From positions 48,909 through 112,908 of the forward strand of contig NZ_JBELMJ010000002.1 of assembly GCF_042095875.1 (NCBI RefSeq): a stretch of 64,000 bases of DNA, in the 5' to 3' direction. The stretch comes from Sphingomonas sp. (GTDB lineage Bacteria > Pseudomonadota > Alphaproteobacteria > Sphingomonadales > Sphingomonadaceae). A program made the position numbers and the translations under genes. The notes below the pieces were generated by a model that was not told where the DNA came from, did no database searches, and saw nothing but the letters and a program-made list of their open reading frames with translations. This document shows, one piece after another, positions 45,468-55,010 of this stretch. Each line of letters starts with the position of its first letter. The first letter of the stretch is position 1.

Positions 45468-46486
45468 GCGAGCAATTGCCGATGCGGCACTTCACCGGCG
45501 TGGAGCGCGCCGCGGTGCTGATGATGCTGGTGGGCGAGGAGGAAGCCGCCGCGATCCTGCAGAAGCTGGAGCCGGAAGAGGTCCGCCGACTGGGCAGCGC
45601 GATGTTCGCGGTCGCGGACGTGAGCGAGGAGGACGTCGAGCTGGTGCTCGACGATTTCGTCGGCCGCGCGCGCGAGCGCAACGGGATCGCGTTCGATCCG
45701 CGCCCGCACGTCGCGGCGGTGATGAACCGCGCGCTGGGTCCGGAGAAGGCCGAGAGCGTGCTGGCGCGCATCACGCCGGCGGAGGCCGCGTGCGAGATCG
45801 AGCTGCTCGACTGGCTGGACGCGCCCGAGATCGCACAGATGCTGGAAAAGGAGCATCCGCAGATCGCCGCGGTGCTGATCGCCAACCTCGATCCCGCGGT
45901 CGGCAGCCAGGTGCTCGAACTGCTCCCCGACGCGGCACAGCCCGACATCCTGCACCGCATCGCGAAGCTGGGGCCGATCACGCCCGAGGCGGTCGAGACG
46001 CTGCGCCAGATGATCGCCAACCGGTCGGCGAAGAGCGCGGGGCGCGGACCGAGCCAGGGGCTGCAACTGGGCGGCACGCGCGAGGCGGCGAAGCTGCTGC
46101 AGGGCGCGCGCAAGGCGACCGAGCAGCGCGTCATGCCGAAGCTGTTCAAGCTCGACCGCGACGTCGCCAAGCAGATCGAGGAAGCGATGTTCGTCTTCGA
46201 CAATCTGCTGGAGATGGACGACAAGAACCTCGGCACGCTGATCCGCAACGTCGACGGCGACACGCTGACGCGCGCGCTGAAGGGCGTGGACGAGGCGGCG
46301 CGGGCGCGGCTGCTCGGCTGCATGTCGGCGCGCGCCGCCGACGGCATCCGCGACGAGATGGAAGCGCGCGGGCCGATGAAGCTCTCCGAGGTGCTCGACG
46401 CGCAGAAGGCAATGATCCAGGTCGCGCGCAATCTCGCCAAGGACGGCACGATCCAGATGGGCGCGGGCGACGACGATTATGTCTGA
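45464..46486 (+). CDS. fliG: Flagellar motor switch protein FliG
   Basis: GVERAAVLMMLVGEEEAAAILQKLEPEEV and MFVFDNLLEMDDKNLGTLIRNVDGDTLTRALKG. The GTG start overlaps the fliF stop. Confidence 0.95.
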   Translation: MSEQLPMRHFTGVERAAVLMMLVGEEEAAAILQKLEPEEVRRLGSAMFAVADVSEEDVELVLDDFVGRARERNGIAFDPRPHVAAVMNRALGPEKAESVLARITPAEAACEIELLDWLDAPEIAQMLEKEHPQIAAVLIANLDPAVGSQVLELLPDAAQPDILHRIAKLGPITPEAVETLRQMIANRSAKSAGRGPSQGLQLGGTREAAKLLQGARKATEQRVMPKLFKLDRDVAKQIEEAMFVFDNLLEMDDKNLGTLIRNVDGDTLTRALKGVDEAARARLLGCMSARAADGIRDEMEARGPMKLSEVLDAQKAMIQVARNLAKDGTIQMGAGDDDYV

Positions 46487-47225
46487 GGCGAGTTTCTCCG
46501 CGGGAGCAGCAGAAACGGGTGGGTTCGTGGTCGGTTTCCCGGCGCGCCGCGATGCCGCGGCCAGCGCGCTCGCCGACACGCACGCGACGCGGCCGTCGGG
46601 CTTCACGCCCGCGGAACTGATCGCGCGGATCGAGGAAGCGTTCGGCGGCGGGCCGAAGCATTTCTCGCCCGCCGCGCCGGACACTGACCCGACCGCGGGC
46701 TGGGACCCGATGGACGCGGACGCGGAGCCGACGCCGTTCATCGATCCGGTCGAGACCGCGCGCGAGGCGGGTTACGCCGAGGGCGTCGCGGCGGCGCGCG
46801 CCGAGATGGCGGCGACCGCGGCACGCGACGGTGCGATGCTGACCGGGCTCGCCGCCGCACTGGCGCAGGCGAGCGGATTCGACCGCGACCTGCTCGCCGG
46901 GCGGCTGCGCGCGACCGTGATGACGCTGGTCAGCCGCGTGATCGGCGAGGCGGGCGTTTCCGCCGACCTGCTCGCGCGGCGGGTCGAGGCGGCGACCGAC
47001 CTGCTGGCGGACGCGAGCGAATCGGCGATGCTGCGCGTCCATCCGGGCGACGTGGCGCTGCTCGACGGGCATTTGCCCGCGACCGTGTTCGCGGTCGGCG
47101 ACGAGAGCGTGACGCGCGGCAGCTTCGTGCTGGAGGCCGCGTCGACGATCGTCGAGGACGGGCCCGAGATGTGGCTCGACCAGCTCACCGCCGCGATCGA
47201 CCGGGTGGCATTGCCCACATGTTGA
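46479..47225 (+). CDS. fliH: Flagellar export apparatus protein FliH
   Basis: 248 aa, positioned between fliG and fliI. REAGYAEGVAAARAEMAATA and the C-terminal domain are FliH-like. Confidence 0.7.
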   Translation: MSEASFSAGAAETGGFVVGFPARRDAAASALADTHATRPSGFTPAELIARIEEAFGGGPKHFSPAAPDTDPTAGWDPMDADAEPTPFIDPVETAREAGYAEGVAAARAEMAATAARDGAMLTGLAAALAQASGFDRDLLAGRLRATVMTLVSRVIGEAGVSADLLARRVEAATDLLADASESAMLRVHPGDVALLDGHLPATVFAVGDESVTRGSFVLEAASTIVEDGPEMWLDQLTAAIDRVALPTC

Positions 47226-48538
47226 ACGTCTTCTCGGGCGATTACCTCGACACGATCGCCAACGCCGACTTCGCGCCGCGCGCGCGCGTGTCGGGTCGGC
47301 TGTCATCCTATGATGGGTTGCTGATGGAAGCGGTCGGCCTGTCGCTGCCGGTCGGCACCGTGTGCCGCGTCGGCGACCACGTCGAGGCGGAGGTGATCGG
47401 GTTTCGCGGCGGTCGCACGCTGATGATGAACCTGGGTGGACCCGCGCCGCTCCTCCCGCAGGCGCCGGTGCGCCCGAGCGGGCCGGCAGGCGAGGCGGAG
47501 GTGGGTGCCGCGATGCTCGGCCGCGTGGTCGACGGCGCGGGCAAGCCGATCGACGGGCTTGGCCCGATCCGCGGTGCCGGGCGCTGGCCGCTGGCGGGCA
47601 AGCTGCAATCACCGCTCGACCGCGGGCGCGTGCTGGAACCGCTCGACGTCGGCGTGCGCGCGATCAACGGGCTGCTGACGATCGGTCAGGGGCAGCGCGT
47701 CGGCATCATGGCGGGATCGGGCGTCGGCAAGTCGGTGCTGCTCGGCATGATGGTGCGCGCGGCGCAGGCCGACGTGATCGTCATCGGGCTCATCGGCGAG
47801 CGCAGCCGCGAGGTCGCCGATTTCCTGGAGACCAAGGTGGCGGGCGAGGCGCGCGCGCGATCGGTCGTGGTCGCGGTGCCGGCCAACCACTCGCCGGTGC
47901 TGCGCATCCGCGGCGCGCTGCGCGCCACCGCCATCGCCGAGGCGTTCCGCGCCGAGGGCAAGAACGTGCTGCTGATCATCGATTCGCTCACCCGCGTCGC
48001 GCACGCCGGGCGTGAGATCGGGCTGGCGCTGGGCGAGCCGGCGTCGGCGCGCGGCTACCCGCCGTCCGCGATCGCGATGCTGCCCAACCTGATCGAGCGC
48101 GCGGGGTCGGACGTCCACACCGGCGGCGCGATCACCGCGATCTACACCGTGCTGGCCGACGGCGACGACGGCAACGATCCCGTGGTCGACTCGGCGCGCT
48201 CGATCCTCGACGGGCACATCGTGCTGACGCGCGCGCTGGCGGAAGCCGGCGTCTACCCCGCGATCGACGTGTCCAAGTCGGTCAGCCGCGTGATGACCGA
48301 CATCTCCGAGCGCCCGCACCTGGCGGCAGCGCGCGCGCTCAGGCGACACCTGGCGACCTATGAGCAGAACCGCGACCTCGTGCTGATGGGCGCGTACCGG
48401 GCGGGGAGCGACCCCGCGATCGACGCCGCGATTGCCTATCATCCCGCGGTGATGGAGTTCGTGCGGCAGGATACCGATCAGTCGGTCAGCCTCGCTGACG
48501 CGGTGACCGAGCTCACCGGCGTGTTCGGCGACGCCTGA
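47219..48538 (+). CDS. fliI: Flagellum-specific ATPase FliI
   Basis: Walker A is GSGVGKSVLLGMM and Walker B is VLLIIDSLTRVAHAGREI. The start is the ATG at 47219 (MLNVFSG), inside track ORF 47171..48538. Confidence 0.95.
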   Translation: MLNVFSGDYLDTIANADFAPRARVSGRLSSYDGLLMEAVGLSLPVGTVCRVGDHVEAEVIGFRGGRTLMMNLGGPAPLLPQAPVRPSGPAGEAEVGAAMLGRVVDGAGKPIDGLGPIRGAGRWPLAGKLQSPLDRGRVLEPLDVGVRAINGLLTIGQGQRVGIMAGSGVGKSVLLGMMVRAAQADVIVIGLIGERSREVADFLETKVAGEARARSVVVAVPANHSPVLRIRGALRATAIAEAFRAEGKNVLLIIDSLTRVAHAGREIGLALGEPASARGYPPSAIAMLPNLIERAGSDVHTGGAITAIYTVLADGDDGNDPVVDSARSILDGHIVLTRALAEAGVYPAIDVSKSVSRVMTDISERPHLAAARALRRHLATYEQNRDLVLMGAYRAGSDPAIDAAIAYHPAVMEFVRQDTDQSVSLADAVTELTGVFGDA

Positions 48539-48540
48539 AC

Positions 48541-48966
48541 GTGGCGCTCGACTCGAAACGCCTCGCACGCGTCCACCGCGTCCGCACGCTCCAACTCGGG
48601 TTGGCGCAGGCCGACGAGGCGCGCGCGCGCGAGCAGGTGGCGAGCGAGCAGGCGCTGGCCGGACGTATCGCGCAGCTCGCCGCCGCCGTCGCGCCGAGCC
48701 AGGCGCAGGCGGGTGCGACGACGCTCGCCGCCGCCGCGCATTACCGCGAGCGGTTGCAGCGATCGTCGGAAGCCGCGACCAACCGTGTGCGCACCGCCGA
48801 GCAGGCGGCCGAGCGCACCGTCGCGGCGACGCAGGCCGCCAAGCGAGACCAGAGCGCGATCGAGAAGCTGATCAAGCGCGGGCAGCAGGCGCTGGTCGAG
48901 GCGGAGCTGCGCGCGTTGCAGGACCTGCCCGGCACCCCGCGGAAGAACCGGCACGATCCTTGCTGA
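48541..48966 (+). CDS. fliJ: Flagellar export protein FliJ-like
   Basis: 141-aa coiled-coil protein directly after fliI. GTG start. Confidence 0.6.
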   Translation: MALDSKRLARVHRVRTLQLGLAQADEARAREQVASEQALAGRIAQLAAAVAPSQAQAGATTLAAAAHYRERLQRSSEAATNRVRTAEQAAERTVAATQAAKRDQSAIEKLIKRGQQALVEAELRALQDLPGTPRKNRHDPC

Positions 48967-49008
48967 TCCACTCTCCGGTGCCCCTTGCCGGTGAGTTTCC
49001 GTTTGCCC

Positions 49009-51339
49009 ATGACCGCGATCTCCAGCCTGTTGTCGTCCACCGCCGCGCTGCCGCCGCCCGTGAGCGCGGGCGCTGCGACGCCAACGCTCGCCTCCTTCCT
49101 CGACCTGCTCGCGCCCGTCATGCTCGACCTGGTGCCGGGGGAGCGGCAAAGCGACGCCGGGTCCGGCAAGTCGCTGCCGCTCCAGGACGACGCACTGGGT
49201 AGCGACGCGGACGCGCTGGCCTGGCTCGGCGTGACGGCTTCGCCAGTGGTGGCGATGGTCGCGCCGACCGAGGGTCCGGCGCCGGGCGCGGATGGCAGCG
49301 GTGTGCCGGCGTTGAGGTTGGTCGTGCCGACAGTGGGCACGGCGAGTGTCGGCACGATGCGGCCGTCGCCTGTTGCGCCGCTCATGGCTCCGCTTGCTGC
49401 GCCGCTGCCGGGAAGCGACGGAGTGGCGTCGATGGCGTCGGGCACGCGCATATTGCCCGCGTCCGCCGCGAACGCGGTCGAAGATCTGCCCTCGATGGTC
49501 GGGTTCATGGTCTCGCGTGCGCCGCTCGCATCACCGATCGGTACGTCGGCAGGCGGGGTCCATGCGTTGACGCCATCACTGCCGGCAAGCGATGGTGTCG
49601 CCTCCGTCGTGTCGGGCACGCGCACGTCGCCAGCAGCCCACTCGGCCGAGTTGCGCGCCTCCTTGACCTCGCCGGTGGCGTTCGCCGTGCAGCACGCGCC
49701 CGTATCGGTGACGCTCGGCGCGTCAGATGACGTCGCCGTGCCCGAGCAGCGCTTCAGTCGCTACGCCATTCCGGCGCCGGGTGCGCCGACCAGCATGTTC
49801 GTCAACGGCGATCGCGCGGGTGCGACGTTCGGCGTCACGGGAGCGACGAGTTGGACTGCCACCCAGCCATTCTCGCGTGAGCCGCTTGCTGCACCGATCG
49901 GCACGTCGGCAGCTCAGAGAGACGCAATAACGACACGGCTGCCGGGGAGCGACGAAGACGCGTCGCTGGCATCGGGTACGCGCGCATCGCCCGCATTAGC
50001 GTCGGGCGGAGTGGACGTCTCCCTGCCCTCGGCTTCTGAGTTCGCCGTGCCGCACGCACCTGCGTCGGTCGGGCGCGGCGTGCCGGATAATGCCGCGAGT
50101 TCCGAGCAGATCGTGGGTCTTGCCGACCTCCCGACGTCGGGTGCGCCCGCTGCCATGTTCGCGCAGGACGAACGCGCGGGTGCGCCGCTCGGCAATACGG
50201 GACCGGCAGTTCGGACCGGCGCCCAACCGTTCTTGCCTGAGCCGCTCGCCACTCCGATCGTCGCGTCGGCGATCGGGGTAGAGGCGGCGGCGACACCGGT
50301 GCCCGCCAGATGGGTTCGATCGAATGGGGGCAGTGTGTCGCTCGTCGCTGGCGCGCCTGCGCCGAGCATCGCGTCCGTGGCGCCTACGTCTCGGGCACCG
50401 ATTGGGCAGCAGCGGTTCACCCAGATGATCGGCGAGCCAGCACGGGTCCGCATCGATCTGCCGAATATGTCTCTCGCGGTGCCGCTACCCGCCGTAGCCG
50501 AGCCGGCGGTTGCGGCGTCCTTGCCCGCAATACCGACCAGTGAGGCCATCACGTTCGCGTCAGCGCAGATGAGCGTCACCGGATCGCGCGCACCGTTCGC
50601 GGGTGCTGCGATTGTCTCGGACGCGGGCGCAGGGGCACTTAGCGGAGCGCCGGTGTCGGTGGGCGCGCGGTCGACCGCCTCGGCTCCCATCGTGCTGCCC
50701 GGCGGGGGGGCCGCTCCTGGCGTTCCGCTCGCAGGCGTTGGTACGACCGGCACGCCGGTCGGAGCGCCGGTGCCCGGTGCGGCGGCGCCGGCGGCGCGCG
50801 TGTTCGCCGAGGCGATCCACCACGCGCTCGGCGAACAGGTCTCGCGCCAGCCGAGCGACCTTGTCGCGACGCTCGCGCCCATAGCACCCGCGCTCCACGG
50901 TGTTCCGACGACCGGCACGGCGCAGGGCGCTCCGCTCGACCTGCGGCACGAACACTGGCCCGCGGCGATGATCGAGCGGATCGTCTCCCTGCGCGACATG
51001 GCGGCGGAGAACGACACCCGCCTGCGACTGTCGCCCGACATGCTGGGCACGATCGACGTGTCGCTGCGCCGCGACGGCGATCAGGTGCAGGTCCAGATCA
51101 GCGCCGAGCAGGCGCAGACGCGGCAGCTGCTCGCCGAGGCGCAGCCGCGCCTGGCCGAGCTGGCCGACGCGCGCGGGGTGAAGCTGCACCTGACCGGCGG
51201 ACACGCGGGCGGTCAGGCGGGCGGCGGCGACCGCCCCGGTGGCGACGCGCCGCGCCACCATCCATCCACGCCCGTATCGACGAGCCGCCAGACGGCCTCG
51301 CACGACGACGCGGGCTCGACCGATCAACGCATTGCTTAA
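49009..51339 (+). CDS. fliK: Flagellar hook-length control protein FliK (unusually long, internally repetitive)
   Basis: The C-terminal Flg_hook domain is RLRLSPDMLGTIDVSLRRDGDQVQVQISAEQAQTRQLLAEAQPRLAELADARGVKL. The start is ATG 49009, or alternatively TTG 48985. Confidence 0.8.
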   Translation: MTAISSLLSSTAALPPPVSAGAATPTLASFLDLLAPVMLDLVPGERQSDAGSGKSLPLQDDALGSDADALAWLGVTASPVVAMVAPTEGPAPGADGSGVPALRLVVPTVGTASVGTMRPSPVAPLMAPLAAPLPGSDGVASMASGTRILPASAANAVEDLPSMVGFMVSRAPLASPIGTSAGGVHALTPSLPASDGVASVVSGTRTSPAAHSAELRASLTSPVAFAVQHAPVSVTLGASDDVAVPEQRFSRYAIPAPGAPTSMFVNGDRAGATFGVTGATSWTATQPFSREPLAAPIGTSAAQRDAITTRLPGSDEDASLASGTRASPALASGGVDVSLPSASEFAVPHAPASVGRGVPDNAASSEQIVGLADLPTSGAPAAMFAQDERAGAPLGNTGPAVRTGAQPFLPEPLATPIVASAIGVEAAATPVPARWVRSNGGSVSLVAGAPAPSIASVAPTSRAPIGQQRFTQMIGEPARVRIDLPNMSLAVPLPAVAEPAVAASLPAIPTSEAITFASAQMSVTGSRAPFAGAAIVSDAGAGALSGAPVSVGARSTASAPIVLPGGGAAPGVPLAGVGTTGTPVGAPVPGAAAPAARVFAEAIHHALGEQVSRQPSDLVATLAPIAPALHGVPTTGTAQGAPLDLRHEHWPAAMIERIVSLRDMAAENDTRLRLSPDMLGTIDVSLRRDGDQVQVQISAEQAQTRQLLAEAQPRLAELADARGVKLHLTGGHAGGQAGGGDRPGGDAPRHHPSTPVSTSRQTASHDDAGSTDQRIA
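49405..50292 (+). repeat. Direct in-frame repeats inside fliK (one ~57-aa partial unit plus two ~119-aa units)
   Basis: The units begin LPGSDGVASMASGTR (49405), LPASDGVASVVSGTR (49579) and LPGSDEDASLASGTR (49939). Units 2 and 3 share FAVxHAPxSV...GAPxxMF...RAGA...QPFxxEPLAxPI. Confidence 0.8.
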
Positions 51340-51354
51340 CGGGGATAATCGAAC

Positions 51355-51987
51355 ATGAGCGACAAGGAAGCGGCGCCCGCTCCGAAGAAGAAGGGCAAGC
51401 TGGTCAAGATAGTGGGATTGGTGCTGGGGCTGGGCGTGCTGGTCGGCGGCGGCGTCGGCGCGGGTCTGTACGCCGCGAACAGCGGGATGGTCGGCGGCGG
51501 CCATGCCGAGGCCAAGGAGGACCCGAACAAGCCGCACCTGGTGCCCAAGTCCGAGCAGAAGCGCGCGGGCGAAGGTGGCGAGGGCGGCGGCCACGGCGGC
51601 GGCGGCGAGGAAGCGGCGTCCGAGAGCCACGGCGGCCTGCCCACGCCGGAGAGCATGGCCGGAGACAAGTTCGCGTCCAATTACTACCCGATGGAGAAGG
51701 AGTTCACCTCCAACCTCCAGGATTCGACGCATTTCGTCCAGGTCGGGGTCGCGATCTCGACGCCGTACGACGACAAGGTAATCGAGCACCTGAAGACCAA
51801 CGACATCGCGATCCGATCGGCGGTGCTGATGACGCTGGGCGACACCACCGAGGAGCAGGTGTTCACCAGCCAGGGCAAGCAGCAACTGGCCCGCAAGCTG
51901 GTCGCCGCGATCAACGGCGTGCTCGAACAAAAGGAAGGATTCGGCGGGGTCAGTAACGTCTACTTTACCAATTTCGTTGTTCAGTGA
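51355..51987 (+). CDS. fliL: Flagellar basal-body-associated protein FliL
   Basis: N-terminal TM segment (KLVKIVGLVLGLGVLVGGGVGAGLYAA) and FliL domain (FTSNLQDSTHFVQVGVAISTPYDDKVIEHLKTNDIAIRSAVLMTLG). Confidence 0.85.
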   Translation: MSDKEAAPAPKKKGKLVKIVGLVLGLGVLVGGGVGAGLYAANSGMVGGGHAEAKEDPNKPHLVPKSEQKRAGEGGEGGGHGGGGEEAASESHGGLPTPESMAGDKFASNYYPMEKEFTSNLQDSTHFVQVGVAISTPYDDKVIEHLKTNDIAIRSAVLMTLGDTTEEQVFTSQGKQQLARKLVAAINGVLEQKEGFGGVSNVYFTNFVVQ

Positions 51988-51993
51988 ACGGGC

Positions 51994-52968
51994 ATGGTTA
52001 ACAGGCCCGCAACCCCCGAATCGACGCCGGCGCGCAAGTCCGCCGCGCCACGTCCCGCGTCCGAGCGACGCGAGCGCACGCGCGGCCACGTCGGCGCGGA
52101 CGCGGGGCTGCTGGGGCAGAGTAAGCTGCATCCCTTCGGCGACCTCCACACGCTGCAGCACCTGTCGGCACGGCTCGCGCGCAATCTGCGCCCCGTGTTC
52201 GAGGGCTATATGCGCCGCGAGGCACGCTGCTGGGCCGAGCCGCTCGAGGTCGTCCGCTTCTCCGACTATCGCGCCGAGCGCGGCGACGCGCTGACCGCGT
52301 GGTTGCCGATGGGGATGGACGGGCGCGCGATGCTGTGCGCGGTCGACGGCGCGTTCGTCGTCGGGCTGCTCGACATCTTCTTCGGCGGCACCGGCACTGG
52401 CACCGGTCCGGTCGCCGCGACCGACCTGTCGCCCGCCGCCGAGGCGCTGGTGACGCGGCTGGGCGCGGGCGTCGCCGACCAGCTGGAGCTGACGTGGGAA
52501 CCGGTGGCGCGCGCCGCCTTCTCGGTCGGGATCTGCGAATCCAACGCCGCGCACCTTCAGGGTATTGAAACGGACGAGGTCATGGTCGTCACGCGCTTCG
52601 GCGTGGCGAGCGAGGGCGCCAAGCCGGTGTTCGTCGACCTGCTCTACCCGGTCGGCACGCTCAAGCCCTTCACGCAGGTGCTGACCGGCAAGGTCGTCGC
52701 CAAGGCGGTCGAGGTCGACGCCGGGTGGCAGATGGCACTGACCCGCGCCGCGATGACGGTGCGGATGCCCGTTCGCTCCGTGCTCGCCGAGCCGGTGCTG
52801 CCGCTGCACCGGTTGATGGACCTGAAACCCGGCGACGTGATCCCGATCGCGTTCAACAACGACGTGCCGATCGTGATCGGCGACACCTGCGTCGGCACCG
52901 GCACTGTCGGCACCTCCAACGGTCGCGCCGCGATCCGCATCTCCACGCTCAAAGGACCTATCGTATGA
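51994..52968 (+). CDS. fliM: Flagellar motor switch protein FliM
   Basis: Middle domain with [12 protein letters not shown], and a C-terminal SpoA/FliN-like domain [43 protein letters not shown]. Confidence 0.85.
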   Translation: MVNRPATPESTPARKSAAPRPASERRERTRGHVGADAGLLGQSKLHPFGDLHTLQHLSARLARNLRPVFEGYMRREARCWAEPLEVVRFSDYRAERGDALTAWLPMGMDGRAMLCAVDGAFVVGLLDIFFGGTGTGTGPVAATDLSPAAEALVTRLGAGVADQLELTWEPVARAAFSVGICESNAAHLQGIETDEVMVVTRFGVASEGAKPVFVDLLYPVGTLKPFTQVLTGKVVAKAVEVDAGWQMALTRAAMTVRMPVRSVLAEPVLPLHRLMDLKPGDVIPIAFNNDVPIVIGDTCVGTGTVGTSNGRAAIRISTLKGPIV

Positions 52969-53255
52969 ACGACATGACCGCCGATTTCGCGGTCGACTCC
53001 GCTGTGGCCGCGAACCTGCGGCTGTTGCAGGACGTCGACGTCAAGCTGACGGTCGAGATTGGATCGACGACGCTGGCGCTGCGCGAACTGCTGGCGCTGG
53101 GCGAAGGCAGCGTGATCGAGCTCGACCGCCAGGCGGGCGAATTGCTCGACGTGTTCGTCAACGGCACGCTGATCGGCCGCGGCGAGGTGGTGACGGTGGG
53201 CGAGCGCTTCGGCGTCAAGCTGCTCGAGCTCGTCTCGCCCGAGAAGCGCGGCTGA
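52965..53255 (+). CDS. fliN: Flagellar motor switch protein FliN
   Basis: [71 protein letters not shown] overlap with fliM. Confidence 0.93.
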   Translation: MNDMTADFAVDSAVAANLRLLQDVDVKLTVEIGSTTLALRELLALGEGSVIELDRQAGELLDVFVNGTLIGRGEVVTVGERFGVKLLELVSPEKRG

Positions 53256-53267
53256 GGCGCAAGTCCG

Positions 53268-53615
53268 ATGATGTGGACCTACGTGCTCAAGCTGATCGTG
53301 CTCTTGCCGCTGGTGTGCGGGCTGATGATCGGTTCGCTGTACCTGTGGCGCAAGCTGGAGACGCGGATGCCGGGCGCGGCCGCGACGCGGGGGATCGCGG
53401 TGCGCGAGACGATGATGATCTCGCCCGGCGTCAAGCTGGCGGTGGTCGAGTTCGAGGGGCGTCGCCTGCTCGTCTCGGTCGCGCGCACCGGCGTGACGCT
53501 GGTCGACAAGGGTGGCGCGGTGTCGGCGTCGGACGAGCTCGTGCCCGCCGCTGCCGCTCCGACGCCGTCGTTCCGCGACGCGCTCGCCAGCCTCACCAAG
53601 GGATCGCGCGCGTGA
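53268..53615 (+). CDS. fliO: Flagellar biosynthesis protein FliO
   Basis: 115 aa with a single N-terminal TM segment ([23 protein letters not shown]). It is positioned between fliN and fliP. Confidence 0.65.
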   Translation: MMWTYVLKLIVLLPLVCGLMIGSLYLWRKLETRMPGAAATRGIAVRETMMISPGVKLAVVEFEGRRLLVSVARTGVTLVDKGGAVSASDELVPAAAAPTPSFRDALASLTKGSRA

Positions 53616-54508
53616 GCATCACCGTGACCCGTACCGGGCGCGGCCCCGCGCTGATCGTACCGGTCGCGGCGCGTCCGCAGAACAATCATAGCTGGACCCG
53701 CGTCGTGCTGGCGCTCGCCGCGATTCTCATCATGCTGTGCATCGCGGTCCCCGCCTTCGCGCAGGTCGCGCCGCCCGCCGGCGCACCCGCCGCGCCTGCA
53801 CCGGGCGTCGGCGACGCGATCGACCGTGCGCTCGGCCAGCTCTCGCGCGGGGACGCGAGCGCGACGCCGGGCGGCGGCTCGCTATCGCTGTCGCTCCAGG
53901 TCCTCATCATCATGGGGCTGCTCACGGTGCTGCCCGGCATCGTGCTGATGATGACCAGTTTCACGCGGATCATCATCGTGCTGTCGATCCTGCGCCAGGC
54001 GATGGGGTTGCAGCAAACGCCGCCCAACCAGGTGCTGATCGGCCTGTCGCTGTTCCTCAGCTTCTTCGTGATGGCGCCGGTAGTGAACCAGATCAACGTG
54101 AACGCGATCCAGCCCTATGCCGCCGGCCGGTTGAACGGCACGCAGCTGATCTCCACCGCGGGCGCGCCGCTGCACGATTTCATGACCAAGCAGACGCGGG
54201 TCAAGGACGTGACGATGTTCGCCGAGATGGCGAAGTCGGGACCGTACGCGTCGCCGCGCGACATCCCCTATTCGGTGCTGCTGCCCGCGTTCGTGACCAG
54301 CGAACTCAAGACCGCGTTCCAGATCGGCTTCCTCGTGTTCCTGCCCTTCATCGTCATCGACCTGGTGGTGGCCACCGTCCTGATGGCGCTGGGCATGATG
54401 ATGCTGTCGCCGACGATCATCTCGCTGCCGTTCAAGCTGCTGTTGTTCGTGTTGGTCGACGGCTGGGCGCTGACGATGGGCAGCCTCGCCAACTCGTTCG
54501 CGACCTGA
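53612..54508 (+). CDS. fliP: Flagellar export gate protein FliP
   Basis: [65 protein letters not shown]. The GTG start at 53612 overlaps the fliO stop. Confidence 0.93.
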   Translation: MSITVTRTGRGPALIVPVAARPQNNHSWTRVVLALAAILIMLCIAVPAFAQVAPPAGAPAAPAPGVGDAIDRALGQLSRGDASATPGGGSLSLSLQVLIIMGLLTVLPGIVLMMTSFTRIIIVLSILRQAMGLQQTPPNQVLIGLSLFLSFFVMAPVVNQINVNAIQPYAAGRLNGTQLISTAGAPLHDFMTKQTRVKDVTMFAEMAKSGPYASPRDIPYSVLLPAFVTSELKTAFQIGFLVFLPFIVIDLVVATVLMALGMMMLSPTIISLPFKLLLFVLVDGWALTMGSLANSFAT

Positions 54509-54550
54509 CGCACCCGCCCTACCCGACCGACCTCTCGCGGATTTGAACTC

Positions 54551-54832
54551 ATGCAGCCCCTCGCCGACGCCGATTACTTCCTGACGGTCGCCAACCAGAC
54601 GATGTGGGTGCTGGCACTCGCCGCCGCGCCGATCCTGATCCCGGCGCTGCTGTCGGGCCTGATCCTCGGCATGGTGCAGGCAGCGACCTCGATCCAGGAA
54701 CAGACGCTGTCGTTCGTGCCCAAGCTGATCGTGGTCGCGGTGTCGATCATGATCTTCGGCGCGATGATCCTGGGGCTGCTGAGCGATTTCACGGTCGAGA
54801 TCTTCGCGCGCATCCCGGATTTGGTGCGGTGA
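54551..54832 (+). CDS. fliQ: Flagellar export gate protein FliQ
   Basis: 93 aa. LAAAPILIPALLSGLILGMVQAATSIQEQTLSFVPKLIVV. Confidence 0.93.
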   Translation: MQPLADADYFLTVANQTMWVLALAAAPILIPALLSGLILGMVQAATSIQEQTLSFVPKLIVVAVSIMIFGAMILGLLSDFTVEIFARIPDLVR

Positions 54833-54906
54833 GGCGCAGCCTGCGAGAGCGCGCACGCTGCGCGCCACGCAGGCAAGCCCGGCCGGCGCGCGCCCTGCGC
54901 CCGTTC

Positions 54907-54972
54907 GACGACGCGGCTTCGCCGCGGCGCTTGCCACGAGATCCCGCCACGCCGCGGCAAAGCCGCGTCGTC
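54907..54972. repeat. Long hairpin in the fliQ-fliR spacer (23-bp arms, 20-nt loop)
   Basis: GACGACGCGGCTTCGCCGCGGCG (54907-54929) pairs with CGCCGCGGCAAAGCCGCGTCGTC (54950-54972) with a single mismatch. A second hairpin CCTCGGC-agg-GCCGAGG lies at 54976-54992. Confidence 0.75.
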
Positions 54973-55010
54973 AGTCCTCGGCAGGGCCGAGGCTGGCCGC
55001 GCTTGCGCGC

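Noticed and set aside
51994-52001. ATGGTTAA (TTAACCAT on the opposite strand) at the fliM start as a CtrA box
   Set aside because: It coincides with the start codon (ATG GTT AAC), lies on the non-template orientation, and sits inside a tightly packed operon. It is most likely a chance occurrence.
50560-52809. 749-aa minus-strand ORF
   Set aside because: It is antisense to fliK, fliL and fliM, with low-complexity Arg/Ala/Gly composition.
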